A stretch of DNA of 35,885 nucleotides, from the IMG/VR virus record IMGVR_UViG_3300012953_000088, positions 1-35,885 of that record. One strand, given 5' to 3'. Of the stretch, positions 18,837 through 27,012 are shown one piece after another; the first letter of the stretch is position 1, and each line of letters starts with the position of its first letter. The notes beneath the pieces were generated by a model. That model was not told the DNA's origin, searched no databases, and saw only the letters and a program-made list of their open reading frames with translations. Both the position numbers and the translations under genes were made by a program. Source of the DNA: a virus (lineage: Duplodnaviria; Caudoviricetes).

Positions 18837-19785
18837 TGCCGACGATTTACTCCGCGATGACAGCGAGCAGGTGAAAGCTCTCAAGCAGAAGGTCAAGCAT
18901 CTTCAGGAGCAAAAAGACAAGCTCGAAGAGTCTCTGGAAAACGCTCGAAAGTCACGTCACAAAATACCGACTCAGCGAGCACGCGCTTCTGGTAAAGGTG
19001 CGTTCATTCGCGTCTTCCTGCCTGACACGCATGGCAATCTGGTTGACCCTGCTGCGTTGCAGGCGTTTCTTGGCGACCTGAAATATTTGCAGCCCCGCGA
19101 AATCTACATGATGGGCGACCATTTGGACTGCGGCGGATGGCTGGCAGCGCATCATACGCTCGGGTTTATACCGGAAACTGAGAACTCTTTTGAAGAGGAT
19201 GTCTGCGCAGCAAATGCCCTGCTTGATCGAGTGCAGGCGATTTGCCCCAAAGCTAAAATCTGGTATCTCGAGGGGAATCACGAAGAGCGGATCGAGAAGT
19301 GGATTATCTCATCAGTAATGCGACACGGAAAGGACGCCGGGTTTCTTCGGAATTTATGCGGGCCAGAAGCCGTCCTGTCGCTGGGAAAAAGGAACATCCC
19401 TTACATCACTAAAGGCAGATTTTACAACGGCTGCCGCGTGCAGGGGACAATCAAAGCCGGCAGGTGTTACATCACTCACGGAACACGGCATGGTAAAAAT
19501 GCTGCACAACAAATGCTGAATCGATTCGGTGCTTCCGTTGTGTTTGGTCATGTCCACAAACTGATGTCGTGCATGGACCGAAACGTCAAAGACGGCGAAA
19601 TTGGCGCGTGGAGTGTCGGTCATTTATCGCGTCAACAGCCGTACTGGCGACATGGTGATCCAACTGATTGGTCGCAGGGTTATGGGTTTGCAATTGTCCA
19701 AAAAGATGAAGACTTCCTCCACGTCAACATTCCGATCATTGAAGGCAAATCATTTCTGGGGAGCCTTGGAAAGTTGTTGACATGA
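18826..19785 (+). CDS. Calcineurin-like metallophosphoesterase with N-terminal coiled coil
   Basis: All five motifs present: PDTH, GDHLD, GNHE, HG, GHVH. Confidence 0.85.
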   Translation: MTSDADDLLRDDSEQVKALKQKVKHLQEQKDKLEESLENARKSRHKIPTQRARASGKGAFIRVFLPDTHGNLVDPAALQAFLGDLKYLQPREIYMMGDHLDCGGWLAAHHTLGFIPETENSFEEDVCAANALLDRVQAICPKAKIWYLEGNHEERIEKWIISSVMRHGKDAGFLRNLCGPEAVLSLGKRNIPYITKGRFYNGCRVQGTIKAGRCYITHGTRHGKNAAQQMLNRFGASVVFGHVHKLMSCMDRNVKDGEIGAWSVGHLSRQQPYWRHGDPTDWSQGYGFAIVQKDEDFLHVNIPIIEGKSFLGSLGKLLT

Positions 19786-20054
19786 GAGTTGACCTCGGCG
19801 GCAAACGATGGGATTTGGTTTTTAAAAAAATGGCCGACAGTTCACATGGTGAATGTGACCATCCTGAAAAACCGAAAAAGCAAATTCGGATTCGCAAAGA
19901 TCTTAAAGATCGGTTGCAACTTGAAGCACTAATCCATGAAATGCTGCATGCTTGCGAATGGAATTTGGACGAAGAGTGGATCCATTCCACTGGTCACGAG
20001 TTATCCGTCGTGCTTTGGAAACTAGGCTGGAGAAGAACTGAAGATGGATCGTGA
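19782..20054 (+). CDS. Minimal HEXXH zincin-like protein
   Basis: HGEC...IRI...LIHEMLHA...EE motif. Confidence 0.7.
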   Translation: MRVDLGGKRWDLVFKKMADSSHGECDHPEKPKKQIRIRKDLKDRLQLEALIHEMLHACEWNLDEEWIHSTGHELSVVLWKLGWRRTEDGS

Positions 20055-20250
20055 GTGTAAGAGACTAGCGAAGCGAATGCTGAAGCTAATGAGCGAGCAA
20101 GGTATCAGTCAGGCCGAATTGGCTAGACGCAGCAAGCAGACTCCTATGCAGGTCAGTCGAGTCGTCACTGGTCAACAAATGCCTTCAGCCCTTTCGCTGT
20201 TCAAGATGGCGAAAGTGCTCGACTGTGAAATCTCTGAATTATTGGGTTGA
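20044..20250 (+). CDS. XRE-family HTH regulator
   Basis: GISQAELARRS...VSRV...PS...MAKVLDC. Confidence 0.85.
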   Translation: MDRECKRLAKRMLKLMSEQGISQAELARRSKQTPMQVSRVVTGQQMPSALSLFKMAKVLDCEISELLG

Positions 20251-20275
20251 CCGATTATATCGCATTCGTTACTGT
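20247..20275 (+). promoter_or_regulatory. Sigma70-like promoter for the early operon
   Basis: TTGACC-17 bp-TACTGT. Confidence 0.5.
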
Positions 20276-20279
20276 TGCC

Positions 20280-20359
20280 ATGGCTGGCAGCAGCAAACTG
20301 ATTAGGAGTTGTTCCAGTCGGTCGTTTTGCTGGCGGGCGTTGCTGCCAGCCATTTTTTA
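20280..20359 (+). terminator. Long stem-loop with T-tract (terminator/attenuator or small RNA)
   Basis: ATGGCTGGCAGCAGC (20280-20294) pairs with GTTGCTGCCAGCCAT (20339-20353), followed by a T-run. Confidence 0.55.
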
Positions 20360-20364
20360 TTGTC

Positions 20365-20380
20365 TTCACACGGAGGTGAG
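20365..20380 (+). promoter_or_regulatory. Predicted CsrA-binding hairpin overlapping the csrA Shine-Dalgarno
   Basis: TTCAC-ACGGAG-GTGAG stem with an ANGGAN hexaloop, ending 2 nt before GTG 20383. Confidence 0.6.
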
Positions 20381-20382
20381 CA

Positions 20383-20568
20383 GTGCTAGTTATTTCCAGA
20401 CAAGTTGAGCAGTCGTTTGAAATTGGAAACGACATAACAGTCCGAATCTTGGATGTCCGAAAAAACGGACGAGTACGGATCGGCATTCAAGCACCTGACG
20501 ACCGAAAGATTTTACGAACTGAGTTAACTGAACCAACTAAGGAACTTAATCATGATTCAAGCAATTGA
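20383..20568 (+). CDS. csrA: Carbon storage regulator CsrA/RsmA
   Basis: MLVISR...IGNDITVRIL...VRIGIQAP...ILRTEL signature. Confidence 0.92.
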   Translation: MLVISRQVEQSFEIGNDITVRILDVRKNGRVRIGIQAPDDRKILRTELTEPTKELNHDSSN

Positions 20569-20998
20569 AACAAACGACGACACAAACGACGACACAAATA
20601 TTGAACTTAAGGTCATTCGTGAGTTCCGCCGGATTCACGCAATCGATGAGCAGATTGTTAGCAATATCAACGGCGACCCTATCAGCCTGCTGGACACTGT
20701 TTTTGTGGGAGCAGAACTGCCAGATGGGGAACTCATAGGCTACGCAGCCTACGACATGCAGGATCCGCACGAGACTCATTTGCAGCGAGTCTTTGTTGCT
20801 AAAGAATGTCGCGGCATCGGAGTTGGCAAGGCTTTGGCTACAGCACGATGTGCCAAACGAGGCCCATTGTTTGCGATGGTCCCGGAGCAATCAGTTGACG
20901 ATCAGTGTTTCCTGCGAGCCTGCGGCTATGCTGCCGTTGAAATCCATCAGCATGACGATGGCTCCACCATGTTTTTGATGGAGTGTGGTAGTGAGTGA
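20552..20998 (+). CDS. GNAT acetyltransferase (RimI-like)
   Basis: Acetyl-CoA motif VAKECRGIGVGKAL and FLRACGY; a 12-bp duplication encodes TNDDTNDDTN. Confidence 0.75.
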   Translation: MIQAIETNDDTNDDTNIELKVIREFRRIHAIDEQIVSNINGDPISLLDTVFVGAELPDGELIGYAAYDMQDPHETHLQRVFVAKECRGIGVGKALATARCAKRGPLFAMVPEQSVDDQCFLRACGYAAVEIHQHDDGSTMFLMECGSE

Positions 20999-21251
20999 CT
21001 ACGAAGCACTGACTGATTCCATCAGTTGCGCAAAACGCCGAGAAATTGCGGTCAATCTGCAGATCATGGAAGTGCGGTCTCGCTGGTACGATCACCAGCA
21101 GACATTGCAGATGATCTGTACTCAGTGCGACCTGCCGGCAGACTACGTGCTTGATATCGTGTTCTTTCGGCACGAACCGACACTGGATTCAATCCACCCA
21201 TGGACTCAGCCTAGTGGCTCACCACAGGGCGTGAGCACTGAAATCAGATAA
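20985..21251 (+). CDS. Hypothetical protein
   Basis: Overlapping ORF in the operon with GGAG upstream. Confidence 0.5.
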   Translation: MVVSDYEALTDSISCAKRREIAVNLQIMEVRSRWYDHQQTLQMICTQCDLPADYVLDIVFFRHEPTLDSIHPWTQPSGSPQGVSTEIR

Positions 21252-21262
21252 GGAGATAGAGA

Positions 21263-21583
21263 GTGAAAGCTTTAGTTCTAACGATACTGATGGGTCTGGT
21301 TGCTACAGCAGGCGCTGCTGAACCACAAAAGAAATTAACTCCGCAGGAGGCGGCACAGGCCAGAGCTGACTGGATCGTGCGGCAGCCGCGAGGGTACTGG
21401 TGGCATCCACCCTACCACATCGCCAATCCGTGGCGAGCCGGTGCTCGGTTTGAGGGATGTGGATTTGGGAGGCCTGGACAGAACGTGACTTGGTCGTGCC
21501 GCCCAAGGCGTAGGATGAAGCTGGTTGCAGACGCATACGCGACTGGGCCAATTATGAGTGTGCGTGTTAGGCTTTGGCGATGA
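21263..21583 (+). CDS. Small secreted basic protein (minimal CAP/SCP-like)
   Basis: Signal peptide MKALVLTILMGLVATAGA; AQARA...H...FEGCG; AAGGAG RBS. Confidence 0.55.
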   Translation: MKALVLTILMGLVATAGAAEPQKKLTPQEAAQARADWIVRQPRGYWWHPPYHIANPWRAGARFEGCGFGRPGQNVTWSCRPRRRMKLVADAYATGPIMSVRVRLWR

Positions 21584-21798
21584 TTGATGTGACAAACGTG
21601 AAAACGATTTACACCGCTGAAGAGGCCGGAGAAATCTGCGGCGTTTCTTCAAGCAGGATCCTGCAAATCTGCCGCGAATCACGGCAGAAGACAGGGCCGA
21701 CGATAGGACAAATGCACGGTTGGCTGTGGCTGCTGACAGACGTGGAAGTGGCAGTAATCAAAAACCGGCGGCGACGTTGGAAACAGGAACAATCATGA
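21580..21798 (+). CDS. Excisionase-like HTH DNA-binding protein
   Basis: YTAEEAGEICGVSSSRILQIC. Confidence 0.7.
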   Translation: MIDVTNVKTIYTAEEAGEICGVSSSRILQICRESRQKTGPTIGQMHGWLWLLTDVEVAVIKNRRRRWKQEQS

Positions 21799-22424
21799 AG
21801 TTTTTAATGGACAACTCGCCGGAACAGTTGACGCAAAAAAAACAGTCGGCGTTAGTGATGGGCCAGTTGCTTACACCGTTGACACGGTATGCTGACTGGG
21901 GGGGGCAGTACGCTATTGACAACGGGGCTTTTAGTGGGTTTCCAAGACAGGCATTTCAGTCATTGCTGAAGAGGCAATCGGAGCACCGGGACAGATGCTT
22001 GTTTGTGACATGCCCGGATGTTGTAGGATCAGGACGCCGCACCTTAGAGTTGTGGCGGTATCGTGCCGAATTGTTTCCGACAAAGTGGCGAGATAAAGCG
22101 GCATTAGTGGCCCAAGATGGAATGGAAGATTTGTCGATTATGTGGTGCGAAATGGCTTGTTTGTTTGTTGGAGGTGGCGACCCGTGGAAAGACAGCCAAG
22201 CGGCAGCGGATATTGTGCGGACAGCTAAGACGTTGGGTAAGTGGGTCCATGTGGGACGAGTGAATACGCCGAAACGATATGATCATTTTGCGGCACTGGG
22301 GGCCGACAGTTGCGATGGTTCAGGCGTTGCGATGTACGATCACATGCTGCAAAAGATTGAACGACGAAATGACCCGGCCCCATCACTTTTTGAAGGCTGT
22401 GGCGATGACGGGAAAGGAGTTTGA
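21795..22424 (+). CDS. TGT-fold, DpdA-like putative DNA base-exchange enzyme
   Basis: DNGAFS, PDVVG, VAQDG, FVGG, HVGRVN and DSCDGS follow the order of tRNA-guanine transglycosylase-like motifs. Confidence 0.6.
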   Translation: MKFLMDNSPEQLTQKKQSALVMGQLLTPLTRYADWGGQYAIDNGAFSGFPRQAFQSLLKRQSEHRDRCLFVTCPDVVGSGRRTLELWRYRAELFPTKWRDKAALVAQDGMEDLSIMWCEMACLFVGGGDPWKDSQAAADIVRTAKTLGKWVHVGRVNTPKRYDHFAALGADSCDGSGVAMYDHMLQKIERRNDPAPSLFEGCGDDGKGV

Positions 22425-22923
22425 AGATCTGGTCGCACGCTGGGCGAGAGCACTGGGTGACAAAGGATCTATCGGCAGATACGGAGTTCAGGCGGTGAGG
22501 GTCGGGCCGACCCAAACTATCGCCATGAAATCATTACCTGACTTTGAAGGAATCTTGAGTGGCGACAATCGGCAAATCATTTTCGACTGCAAGGTTTGTA
22601 GTCAGGCGTCTTTCAACCTGTCTCCCTATCGAGATCGGAAGAAACGTCAGACAGATCACATGCTCGAACGAAGTCAGTTTGGAGCACTATGCGGGTTCCT
22701 CATCCACTGGAATGAAAGGCAATTAAAGACCAAGTCGGAAGTCGCAGAGACTTGGTGGTTTCCGATTCATCACGAGATGAAATTCTGGAACGAATTTAAA
22801 TCAGCGGAAGTCCGCAGGATCACGAGAGCGGACTGCCGTGAATATGGAACGGAGGTGACTTGGCAAAAAAACAAACCAGACTTGTTTTCAACTTTAACCA
22901 ATTTAACTAAGGCGACGAAATGA
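22405..22923 (+). CDS. RecU-like Holliday junction resolvase
   Basis: GKEFE...PDFEG...FDCK...Q, a PD-(D/E)xK pattern of RecU type. Confidence 0.7.
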   Translation: MTGKEFEDLVARWARALGDKGSIGRYGVQAVRVGPTQTIAMKSLPDFEGILSGDNRQIIFDCKVCSQASFNLSPYRDRKKRQTDHMLERSQFGALCGFLIHWNERQLKTKSEVAETWWFPIHHEMKFWNEFKSAEVRRITRADCREYGTEVTWQKNKPDLFSTLTNLTKATK

Positions 22924-23675
22924 TTTTGAGAGAAGGAAAGCAGAAACGACCCCGAAGAGTATTGTTGTACGGTCCTCACGGAACAGGGAAAAGTACATGG
23001 GCGGCATGTGCTCCAAATCATGTGTTCCTCTCCTTCGAGGGCGGTCTAAACGATATCGATTGCCGTTCGACTGATCGCATCAAATCGTTCAGTGAGCTGC
23101 TGACGATTCTGATGGAACTGTCAAAAGAGCCGAAGGAACTGGACTGGATTGTGTTCGACACGCTCGACTGGCTTGAGACGCTGGTCCATGATGTGATTCG
23201 AGGCGATGCTGAATCGATTGCTGACATACCTTACGGCAATGGCTATAAGCAGGCGCTCGGGAAATGGCAGCAGGTGATCAAGGCTCTTGATTATCTGATT
23301 GAAGCTCGAAACTGCGGAGTCATCGCGATTGCACATAGTGATATCAAAAAGTTTTCACCACCGGATGGTGACAGCTTTGACCGCTATGGGCCGGCTTTGC
23401 ATCCGCTTGCCAGCCTGCTCTGGCAGGAATGGGTTGACGAATGCTTTCACTTGAACTTCCGGGTCTACACTCGGAAGGAAGAAAGCGGATTCGGCCAGGA
23501 ACGAGGCATTGGATTCGGTGACTCGGAACGGTATATCAGAACACAGGAATCGCCTGCAGTCCTGGCGAAGAGCCGGCTGAAACTACCAGCCGAAATTCCA
23601 TGTGACTGGAAAATCTACGAACAGGCTATCATTGATAATCACCCTACTACCAAACCAAAGAAAGTGAACAAATGA
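22920..23675 (+). CDS. Sak4-like AAA ATPase (single-strand annealing recombinase)
   Basis: LLYGPHGTGKSTWA, VFDTLD, IAH and AKSR motifs; followed by an SSB-like gene. Confidence 0.85.
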   Translation: MILREGKQKRPRRVLLYGPHGTGKSTWAACAPNHVFLSFEGGLNDIDCRSTDRIKSFSELLTILMELSKEPKELDWIVFDTLDWLETLVHDVIRGDAESIADIPYGNGYKQALGKWQQVIKALDYLIEARNCGVIAIAHSDIKKFSPPDGDSFDRYGPALHPLASLLWQEWVDECFHLNFRVYTRKEESGFGQERGIGFGDSERYIRTQESPAVLAKSRLKLPAEIPCDWKIYEQAIIDNHPTTKPKKVNK

Positions 23676-24139
23676 CTGGTAACTTATCGGGCAGCGACTT
23701 CGATGCTGCAACTCAGGAAATTGTGACTAGCTCTTTCGAGCCGCTCCCTCCTGGGGCATACAAGGTCGCCATCACTGGCAGTGAACTGAAAACGGCTCGC
23801 GATAAGGCGAGCACTTATATCGCTCTCGAGTTGGTCGTGATTGACGGCGAGTATCAGAACCGGAAGCTGTGGGATCGTCTGACGTGGACTCACTCAACCA
23901 AGCCGAAAGGGCAGGCTCGCGGTCGCTCTGACTTCGCGAAGATCTGTAATGCCGTTGGTATCTCACGACCCAATGACACGTCCGAACTTCATGACAAGCC
24001 GGTCGGGGCCGTGGTCGGAATTGAAAAAGGGACGAACGGCTATGCTGATCGTAACTCGATCAAAGATTACCTGCCGTTGTCGGAGCTTAAGGCACAACTC
24101 GAAGATGGGTCGGCTGAGAAGCCACCTTGGATGAGTTAA
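23672..24139 (+). CDS. DUF669-type single-stranded DNA-binding protein
   Basis: FEPLPPGAY, GEYQNRKLWDRL, C-terminal PPW. Confidence 0.8.
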   Translation: MTGNLSGSDFDAATQEIVTSSFEPLPPGAYKVAITGSELKTARDKASTYIALELVVIDGEYQNRKLWDRLTWTHSTKPKGQARGRSDFAKICNAVGISRPNDTSELHDKPVGAVVGIEKGTNGYADRNSIKDYLPLSELKAQLEDGSAEKPPWMS

Positions 24140-24189
24140 TGGAAGCGTAGGTATGGATGCCGTGCCAGCTCTGTCCAGACTGGCAACGC

Positions 24190-24235
24190 CCGGTCGCCTG
24201 TTGGGGCTCAGCTTCCAATGGGTGGCCGGTTTTTT
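24190..24235 (+). terminator. Intrinsic terminator-like hairpin
   Basis: CCGGTCGCC/GGTGGCCGG stem followed by T6. Confidence 0.55.
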
Positions 24236-24452
24236 ACGAGCAGGGGTGTTAGGAACCAGCAAATAGAAAAACCGCTGACAGTGATGAGCTGCCAGCGGTT
24301 CAGATTTCGACTGCGACGGTAGACACGTCAAGTCCGCACGACGATGGAGTGATCATATCGTCTAACAGAAGAAGTGACAGATTATGACGACGGAAAACAC
24401 GAAAGACAAGGCGAATCCCGCAGAATCGCAAATAAACAAATCAGGGCAAACC

Positions 24453-26135
24453 ATGAAACCACGAACTTATCAAACTGAAGCAACTGACGCGGCTTGGAAA
24501 TTCATCTGCAAACTCGCAGGGGCGGCTTTGATCGTGCTGCCCACTGGAGCTGGCAAAAGTCTGATCATCGGAATGCTGTGCCGGTTAGCCGTCAAGACCG
24601 GAGGCAGGGTATTAGTCATTGCCCATCGGAAAGAGCTTCTCGAACAGAACGCTGAGAAGATCGAGCACATGGTCGAGTCGCCTGTTGGCATCTACTGTGC
24701 AGGTCTCAAGCGAAAAGACACCGACAGTCAGATTATCGTCGCCAGTATTCAATCGCTGTTTCGGAACCCGGATGTCGTTGGCAAACGTGACCTGATCATC
24801 GTCGATGAAGCACATCTGATCTCACCTGAAGATGAGACGATGTATGCGAAAGTCTTTCGGGCGCACCCCAAAGCGGCACGTATTGGCCTGACGGCAACGC
24901 CATACAGATTGGGTGACGGCCCGATTGCCGGACGAGGTCGGCAGTTCCGTAAAATCTGCTACGAAATCAAGCCGCAAGCTCTGGTCAAAGAAGGTTACCT
25001 GTCGCCGATCACAACCAAGCCAACGGCGACGGTAGACACATCAAACGTGAAGATCCGAGGCGGGGAATTCGTGCCGGGGGAACTGGAACGGGCATTCGAC
25101 AAACCAAACCTCATTGACACTTCATGCCGAGAGACGGTCCGGCTGACTGCTGATCGAAAATCAATCTTAGTGTTTTGCTCTGGCGTTGAGCATGCGGAGC
25201 ACGTTCGAGCAAAACTGGAGGAACTCACTGGTGAAGTCGTGGGCTGTGTCACAGGGCAGACATTGCCGATGGAACGGCGGGAAATGCTGCATCGGTTTAA
25301 GACCGGCACCTTGAGGATGATGGTTAATTGCGAGGTTCTCACAACAGGCTTCGATTCACCCAGAATTGACGGGTTGGTGCTCTACAGATCGACCATGTCT
25401 TTATCACTGTTTGCTCAGATGGTCGGTCGCGGCTTCCGAGTTCATCCCGGAAAGAAAGATTGCCTGCTGCTCGATTACGGCGGCAACCGTAAACGGCATG
25501 GCGATCCTGACAGCGATGAATACGGGTACGCCCAAGCGAAAGAAGCCGTCACGACTGAAGAGTTAGCCGCTGAAAAGAACAGCCGTGGCCGGATCTGTAT
25601 CAACTGCGAAGCCGACATTCCACCAGGGGAATTGGCCTGCCTCGACTGCGGGTTTCGGCCAGAGATTGGAAAGCGGGGAGCGCCGAATCATTCTGATACA
25701 GCAGACATCGAAGACACAAAAGATTGGGACGTGCAGGCGATTGCGTACAACCGACACGAAAAAAAGACAGACAGGCTGGCTCCACCTACATTGCGAGTGA
25801 CATACACCGTCACGCCTCTGGGGACGACGGGCAACTTAGCATCAGAGACTGTGAGTGAATGGGTCTGCTTCCAGCATTCAGGCTTTGCCAGAACTAAAGC
25901 AGAGCAGTGGTGGGAGAAGCGATCTTATCACCCTGTTCCTGAAACGGTTGATGAAGCCTTGGAAATGATTAACCGGCATGCGATCAGACCGCCGTCAGCG
26001 TTGGAGACAACCCGTGACGGCAAATGGCGAAGAGTGAGTGAGACCGTTTTTATGGACCCTCGGCCTGAGCCAGAAGACCTGCAGGAACCTGCAGTGATTC
26101 CAGCAGACGGCGGCTGGGACGACGTTCCTTTTTGA
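24453..26135 (+). CDS. SF2 DEAH helicase with Zn finger (RadD/YejH-like); alternative start at 24384
   Basis: PTGAGKS, DEAH, TATP, TGFD and QMVGRG motifs; CINC...CLDC; C-terminal DDVPF. Confidence 0.9.
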   Translation: MKPRTYQTEATDAAWKFICKLAGAALIVLPTGAGKSLIIGMLCRLAVKTGGRVLVIAHRKELLEQNAEKIEHMVESPVGIYCAGLKRKDTDSQIIVASIQSLFRNPDVVGKRDLIIVDEAHLISPEDETMYAKVFRAHPKAARIGLTATPYRLGDGPIAGRGRQFRKICYEIKPQALVKEGYLSPITTKPTATVDTSNVKIRGGEFVPGELERAFDKPNLIDTSCRETVRLTADRKSILVFCSGVEHAEHVRAKLEELTGEVVGCVTGQTLPMERREMLHRFKTGTLRMMVNCEVLTTGFDSPRIDGLVLYRSTMSLSLFAQMVGRGFRVHPGKKDCLLLDYGGNRKRHGDPDSDEYGYAQAKEAVTTEELAAEKNSRGRICINCEADIPPGELACLDCGFRPEIGKRGAPNHSDTADIEDTKDWDVQAIAYNRHEKKTDRLAPPTLRVTYTVTPLGTTGNLASETVSEWVCFQHSGFARTKAEQWWEKRSYHPVPETVDEALEMINRHAIRPPSALETTRDGKWRRVSETVFMDPRPEPEDLQEPAVIPADGGWDDVPF

Positions 26136-26146
26136 GAGAGCAGATC

Positions 26147-26467
26147 ATGAGATATAGAGACCTGAAGCCGGACGATGTCCTGCGCAATGATGATGAATTT
26201 TATGTCAATGGTGGCTGGGTTCGATGTTGTGCCGCTGGAAGGACACCATTGCCATCGTTCCGATATCGACGGATCATCGGTCGGGACGAGACTGATGGAG
26301 ATTGGCTAGCTAGTACAGACATGCACGATTTGCCAATTGCAGTGACGACTGTGGATTGCGATGTGCGGCGGTTACGGGCTATTGTTCGTGATCTGATTGG
26401 TCGTATGGAGGCACTTGAATCATTTACGGAGGAGGAACGCAATGAACGAACCAATGCTGACGGTTGA
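26147..26467 (+). CDS. Hypothetical protein
   Basis: ORF directly after the helicase, GAGAG upstream. Confidence 0.5.
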   Translation: MRYRDLKPDDVLRNDDEFYVNGGWVRCCAAGRTPLPSFRYRRIIGRDETDGDWLASTDMHDLPIAVTTVDCDVRRLRAIVRDLIGRMEALESFTEEERNERTNADG

Positions 26468-26657
26468 TGACATTAAAGAGATTTGTGACGTTCCTCGCCG
26501 AACGGTCACTAAATGGTTTGATGCGAATCGGCTTAAAGGAGAGCGGGATCTAAACACGTTCGAGTGGAAGACGACACGGGCGAAACTGGTGCGTTTTCTG
26601 GAGTACTACAATTTTGATGACATCTTGGAAAGCATGGAGGATTCAGATGACACTTAA
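26442..26657 (+). CDS. Excisionase-like HTH protein
   Basis: LTVDDIKEICDVPRRTVTKWFDANRLKG; GGAGGAGG RBS. Confidence 0.75.
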   Translation: MNEPMLTVDDIKEICDVPRRTVTKWFDANRLKGERDLNTFEWKTTRAKLVRFLEYYNFDDILESMEDSDDT

Positions 26658-27012
26658 GAGGTCTGTCGAATTTATCGCTTTTGTTATTATCGGCATGGCG
26701 TTGCATTCGTTGTTTTCGACCGTGCAGCAGTTGGAAGAGACTCAGATTCGTGAGTGGAATACGAAAACGATTGACGAACTGGGCAAGGCTGCTGCCGTAC
26801 AGCAGGAAATCACAAGCCTGCTGATGGGTTGGCCGGATCCGCCGGATGACTTCACAGTTGACATGGATGTTGACTCTAAACCGGACGCGACATTAAGAGA
26901 CGACGCAATTGAAATCTATCGGTCAGTCAAAGGTCTGAGGCAAATTACAGAGACCCAACGCGACAGGGTCGTTATCCAAGCTGGGGAGAGGCGTGAAACA
27001 ATTAACATATGA
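26647..27012 (+). CDS. Membrane-anchored hypothetical protein
   Basis: GGAGG RBS; N-terminal TM FIAFVIIGMALHSLF. Confidence 0.55.
   Translation: MTLKRSVEFIAFVIIGMALHSLFSTVQQLEETQIREWNTKTIDELGKAAAVQQEITSLLMGWPDPPDDFTVDMDVDSKPDATLRDDAIEIYRSVKGLRQITETQRDRVVIQAGERRETINI

Noticed and set aside
20044-20250. Classical cI/cro lysogeny switch with integrase
   Set aside because: No divergent gene pair, no S24 peptidase domain and no recognisable recombinase in the window
20552-20998. GNAT toxin paired with the RHH as a TacAT-type toxin-antitoxin system
   Set aside because: The RHH gene is ~14 kb away and the GNAT looks RimI-like
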